From the NCBI GenBank assembly GCA_033764955.1, contig JANRIL010000038.1:64001-128000 (forward strand): 64,000 bases of DNA. The letters are read 5' to 3'. Shown piece after piece: positions 60,747-64,000 of the stretch. Position 1 is the first letter of the stretch; each line of letters begins with the position of its first letter. Origin of the DNA: Cyanobacteriota bacterium. GTDB lineage: Bacteria > Cyanobacteriota > Cyanobacteriia > Thermostichales > Thermostichaceae. A program made the translations under genes and the position numbers. Under the pieces are notes generated by a model. It worked only from the letters and a program-made list of their open reading frames with translations. It made no database searches and was not told the DNA's origin.

Positions 60747-61505
60747 TCAGAAATTCCTGGTCGAAATACTCCAGCCTGTTGAGGTAGGAAGTGAGCTTTG
60801 GATTGTGCCACAAGTTTTTTGCACATAATCGCACTGATAAATATAGGGTTCTTGCCAAGCTAGAGGAATTTCTAATAAATCGCGTACTCCCGTTAATCCC
60901 TGCATAATGAACAGGAATAAAGCTATGGAATTAGCAGCAATATGAACTCTTCGCCAAGTTTGTGATTTATCTTGATAGATTTCTGGTAGAATCGCCATCG
61001 AAAAAATCATCAGAAGTGTGGCCGTGATTCCCGAATAAAAATGAGACACATACCACTCGGAATCTCGATGAAAAACACCGTCCTGCCATCCCAAAATTAA
61101 AACTCCGGCGGCGGTGAGCACGGCTAAAAAATAACGCCAACCTCGTTGAATCGGTTTAGCCCTATTCAAAAATAATAGGGAGAGCAAGGTTAACCCATAG
61201 ACAAGTCCAACAAATATGACCTGATAAGGGCTACTCGACCATATATTTTCATGAATAATATGTTTGATGATGGGATGAGCAAACCCTAACAAACATAACC
61301 CAACCACCCCATTGGTAAGCATCCGCCCCAAACGCACGTGATCAGCCCCTACCTGGGGGGGGATTTTACTTTTAGCCCCGACCAGAGCTTCTAGGCGACG
61401 TTGACGAGTTTGCCAAGCAAAATAACTGACGATTCCAATTAGAGGCAATACAACGGTAGCTGCCAAAGCAGGATGAGTTAAACGCAACAGATCTGTCAGT
61501 TCCAT
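60747..61505 (-). CDS. DUF4079 family membrane protein
   Basis: HP....V.PL.G, R.RR, HVRLG, SHFYSG, RRVH, Q.LTG.RDLLEIP. Confidence 0.8.
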   Translation of the reverse strand: MELTDLLRLTHPALAATVVLPLIGIVSYFAWQTRQRRLEALVGAKSKIPPQVGADHVRLGRMLTNGVVGLCLLGFAHPIIKHIIHENIWSSSPYQVIFVGLVYGLTLLSLLFLNRAKPIQRGWRYFLAVLTAAGVLILGWQDGVFHRDSEWYVSHFYSGITATLLMIFSMAILPEIYQDKSQTWRRVHIAANSIALFLFIMQGLTGVRDLLEIPLAWQEPYIYQCDYVQKTCGTIQSSLPTSTGWSISTRNF

Positions 61506-61714
61506 AATGCTCCTCCTGAGCTAAGATCCCGAGCTAAAAGCTCTACAGGCATTGAGACCATTTCGCTATGAACTATAGCCCGTGATCCATTCGCTAGGAT
61601 CTAAATGTAGGTCAGTGTAGCAAAAACTTTTCTCTCAAGCAGTAGAAAAAACACCTCATGCTTGCCCACCATTTGATTCCTCTGACGACCATATAGTTAA
61701 GCTTTCCTAAAGAC

Positions 61715-62290
61715 TTACTGGGGAATAATATCCACTTCCTGTATGCCCAATTCCCTCAGATCCTCGGCTCGCAGATGGGCATCTCCCGCCATCAGAAATT
61801 CGTCTAATTGTGGGGGGGACACCTCCGTACTGGAAAGCATGGCATGAGCTTGGCCACGGTGATGGATTTGATGGACTAATAAATGGGAAAGGGTTCGATC
61901 CACTCGATCCCACAAAATCCCCCGTTGTCCCCGATCAAAAGCAATGGGTTGAGCTAAGTCTTGCGGGGTGAGATGATCACAAAAATGAATGAGCCGCTGA
62001 TCCGTTTGAGCTTGGGCTTCTGCTAAAGCTTGACAGGTATCATAGGGAGTTTCATTTTGAAAAATCCCTTGTCCTAAGCCACCCCCTTCCAGGGCATCCA
62101 AGTAATACCAATCCACCACCAAAATATGATTGAGTGTCAGCAGGAGTGAGGGAAAAAAGCCAACACGGGATCCCGCAAATTCTACTGGACTAAGCTGTTG
62201 ACAAGCGCGATAAATTCGGTAATTTGACCAACGATTGTGGCGAGCCATAATCCGAAAATGACCCACTAAACCTATATTCTCACTGTGCAT
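61715..62290 (-). CDS. DinB family protein
   Basis: N.W.N.R, FFPSL..TLNHIL, HLLVHQIHHRGQ. Confidence 0.88.
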   Translation of the reverse strand: MHSENIGLVGHFRIMARHNRWSNYRIYRACQQLSPVEFAGSRVGFFPSLLLTLNHILVVDWYYLDALEGGGLGQGIFQNETPYDTCQALAEAQAQTDQRLIHFCDHLTPQDLAQPIAFDRGQRGILWDRVDRTLSHLLVHQIHHRGQAHAMLSSTEVSPPQLDEFLMAGDAHLRAEDLRELGIQEVDIIPQ

Positions 62291-62346
62291 AAGGTGTATT
62301 GCTTGGGGGTGATCGGGTGTTGCCCAGCCAGCCAGAATCAAGAGGG

Positions 62347-62604
62347 TCAAAGGGATCCCTGCACCCGTTGCCACTGATCGGGAGCATAGGTTTTGAGAGA
62401 GAGGGCGTGCAGTTGACCACTATCCAGTTGGGCTTTCAGAGCCTCGTTAATCAGACGATGCTGCTGAATCATACTTAGTCCAGCAAAAGCTTCCGCCACG
62501 ACAATCGCCTGAAAGTGGTTGCCATCCCCCACCATGTCCTGTACTTGCACTTGGGATCCCGGCAAGGCACGCTGGATCAGTTGACGAATCTCTTCCGTCT
62601 GCAT
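62347..62604 (-). CDS. bolA: BolA family protein
   Basis: GDGNHF, F.GLS.IQQHR, LHALSLKT. Confidence 0.92.
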   Translation of the reverse strand: MQTEEIRQLIQRALPGSQVQVQDMVGDGNHFQAIVVAEAFAGLSMIQQHRLINEALKAQLDSGQLHALSLKTYAPDQWQRVQGSL

Positions 62605-62688
62605 AAACCCTCCACATAACCACCCACGATTATCAGCATAAACTGCTAAGGTTGAGGCGATAGTTAGCCTATTTGGGAATCAACATCG

Positions 62689-63207
62689 GTGGAGGATCCA
62701 AAAAAAGAACTATGGTTGGCAGGGATCCCCACCCTAGCGGTTCCCCCGGCTGAATTCCGCCGACTGCCTGCGGCTGCCCTTGCCTATCTGGGAGATGCCA
62801 TTTACGAACTCTACATCCGGCAATCCTATTTGCTGCCACCCCAACGCATCACCCTTTATCATCAGCAGGTGGTGCAGCGGGTGCGTGGATCTACTCAAGC
62901 CGAAACATTGCAAGCCTTGCTCCCCCACTTAACCCCTCAGGAAGCATCCATTGTGCGCTGGGGAGAAAATGGGGCGGGTCAGCCCCCCAAAAATTTGGAT
63001 CCCGATCGCTATCGGCAAGCCAGTGGGTTTGAGACCTTGCTGGGCTATCTCTATCTTCAGGATCCAAGGCGATTGGGGGAGGTTCTTGCCCTTGCGGATC
63101 AGTATTTTGCTCTCGATACCCCCCCTAACCATTGCAGAGGAGCATCCCCCACAACCGTTAGCGGTGAGGGAGGGGCGAACCAGCCAGATAGTCTGGGCAA
63201 AATCTGA
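62689..63207 (+). CDS. mrnC: Mini-ribonuclease III
   Basis: LAYLGDAIYELYIR; YRQASGFETLLGYLYL; no dsRBD. Confidence 0.9.
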   Translation: MEDPKKELWLAGIPTLAVPPAEFRRLPAAALAYLGDAIYELYIRQSYLLPPQRITLYHQQVVQRVRGSTQAETLQALLPHLTPQEASIVRWGENGAGQPPKNLDPDRYRQASGFETLLGYLYLQDPRRLGEVLALADQYFALDTPPNHCRGASPTTVSGEGGANQPDSLGKI

Positions 63208-63306
63208 TTTCTTTCCAGGATTTTCCCCTCTTTTGTCTGGTTTCAGGCTAGTTTTGTCCTCTCCTCTGTCGTGCTTGGCCACTCTCGTTTGGATGGTGCT
63301 TTGGTT

Positions 63307-64000
63307 ATGCCTCGTTTTTCCGACCGCTCTAAGCGTTCCTCCGGTCGATCCCATCGATCCAGTTCACGGGATCCCCAATTCCGCCCCCGTTCCCGCAACA
63401 ATGGTGACGAGCAACCCAAGCGGCGAGACTTCTCGGAATCAGAAAACCAAGATCGTCCCTCCAGTTTTCGAGAAGGCAAACCGGAGCGGGAGGCACGCCC
63501 GCGCCGCCCCCTGCGGGTGGATCGCCCTCAACTCAAAAAACGCAGTGGTAACGGCACTTCTCAACGGGGAGAGAACCATACTTTTGTCGAGAAATTTGAA
63601 AAACCTCAGGCAAAGCCAAAATTCCGCCCCAGCTCTTTCCCCCAGCCCGCTGCTCTCGATCCCGATGCTCCCACTCACGAGACCGGCGATGCGCCTGTGT
63701 CCACCCCAACCGAGTCGGAAGACAGCCATGATTTAATTTTTGGCAGACACCCAGTGTTGACGGCTCTCGAAAACCAGATGACCCTCAACCGCGTCTGGAT
63801 CTTGCCCCAACTGCGCTACAACTCCAAGTTTCATACCCTGCTCGAAGAGGCCAAAAATCGAGGCACGGTGGTTGATGAGGTGAGTCCGCAGCGACTGAGC
63901 CAGATCACCCACGGCGGCAACCATCAAGGGGTCGTGGCTCAGGGAACTCCCTACCAATATACCGAACTAGAAACCCTGGTCAGCCATGCCTTCGCTGCCA
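63307..64000 (+). CDS. rlmB: 23S rRNA (G2251)-2'-O-methyltransferase RlmB, partial, with long Arg-rich N-terminal extension
   Basis: Manual translation from ATG 63307: ...DLIFGRHPVLTALE...NRVWI...NHQGVVAQ; runs off the window; follows mini-III. Confidence 0.88.
   Translation, partial: MPRFSDRSKRSSGRSHRSSSRDPQFRPRSRNNGDEQPKRRDFSESENQDRPSSFREGKPEREARPRRPLRVDRPQLKKRSGNGTSQRGENHTFVEKFEKPQAKPKFRPSSFPQPAALDPDAPTHETGDAPVSTPTESEDSHDLIFGRHPVLTALENQMTLNRVWILPQLRYNSKFHTLLEEAKNRGTVVDEVSPQRLSQITHGGNHQGVVAQGTPYQYTELETLVSHAFAA

Noticed and set aside
62951..63736. 261-aa ORF in the track
   Set aside because: Out-of-frame overlap with mini-III and rlmB; no motif
375..63957. Numerous short antisense or alternate-frame ORFs in the track
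   Set aside because: Nested within well-supported genes and lacking motifs; expected shadow ORFs
1..64000. CRISPR array, tRNA, rRNA or riboswitch
   Set aside because: No regularly spaced repeat-spacer array, cloverleaf or recognisable riboswitch core seen by eye; a covariance-model scan was not possible

Overview
Cyanobacterial chromosomal window. It is saturated with the octamer palindrome GGGATCCC, the HIP1 variant known from Thermostichus/Yellowstone-Synechococcus-type lineages; I did not spot canonical GCGATCGC. Most genes are housekeeping or metabolic: pyk, leuS, glk, pstAB, ugd/uxs, csaB, futB, cpcT, recJ, bioY, hisN, glcD, bolA, mini-III and a partial rlmB. Signalling genes are a 1472-aa GAF/PAS hybrid kinase and a Cache-HAMP-GGDEF cyclase. 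Mobile DNA comprises an apparently intact IS630 (TIRs, TA target, -1 frameshift) and two decayed IS1 copies. The most unusual signal is a set of ~23-nt micro-elements inserted precisely into IS1 transposase codons; removing them restores conserved motifs. Other features outside the ORF track are a Yfr2 sRNA with a near-consensus sigma70 promoter, a Norf4-like 31-aa protein, a 47-aa lipoprotein and a 22-aa hydrophobic peptide ORF. The window also has a GH26-like lipoprotein apparently lacking catalytic residues, a truncated STAND N-terminal HTH gene and an AT-richer patch around a GH38 mannosidase. All calls come from reading motifs by eye; no database searches were run.
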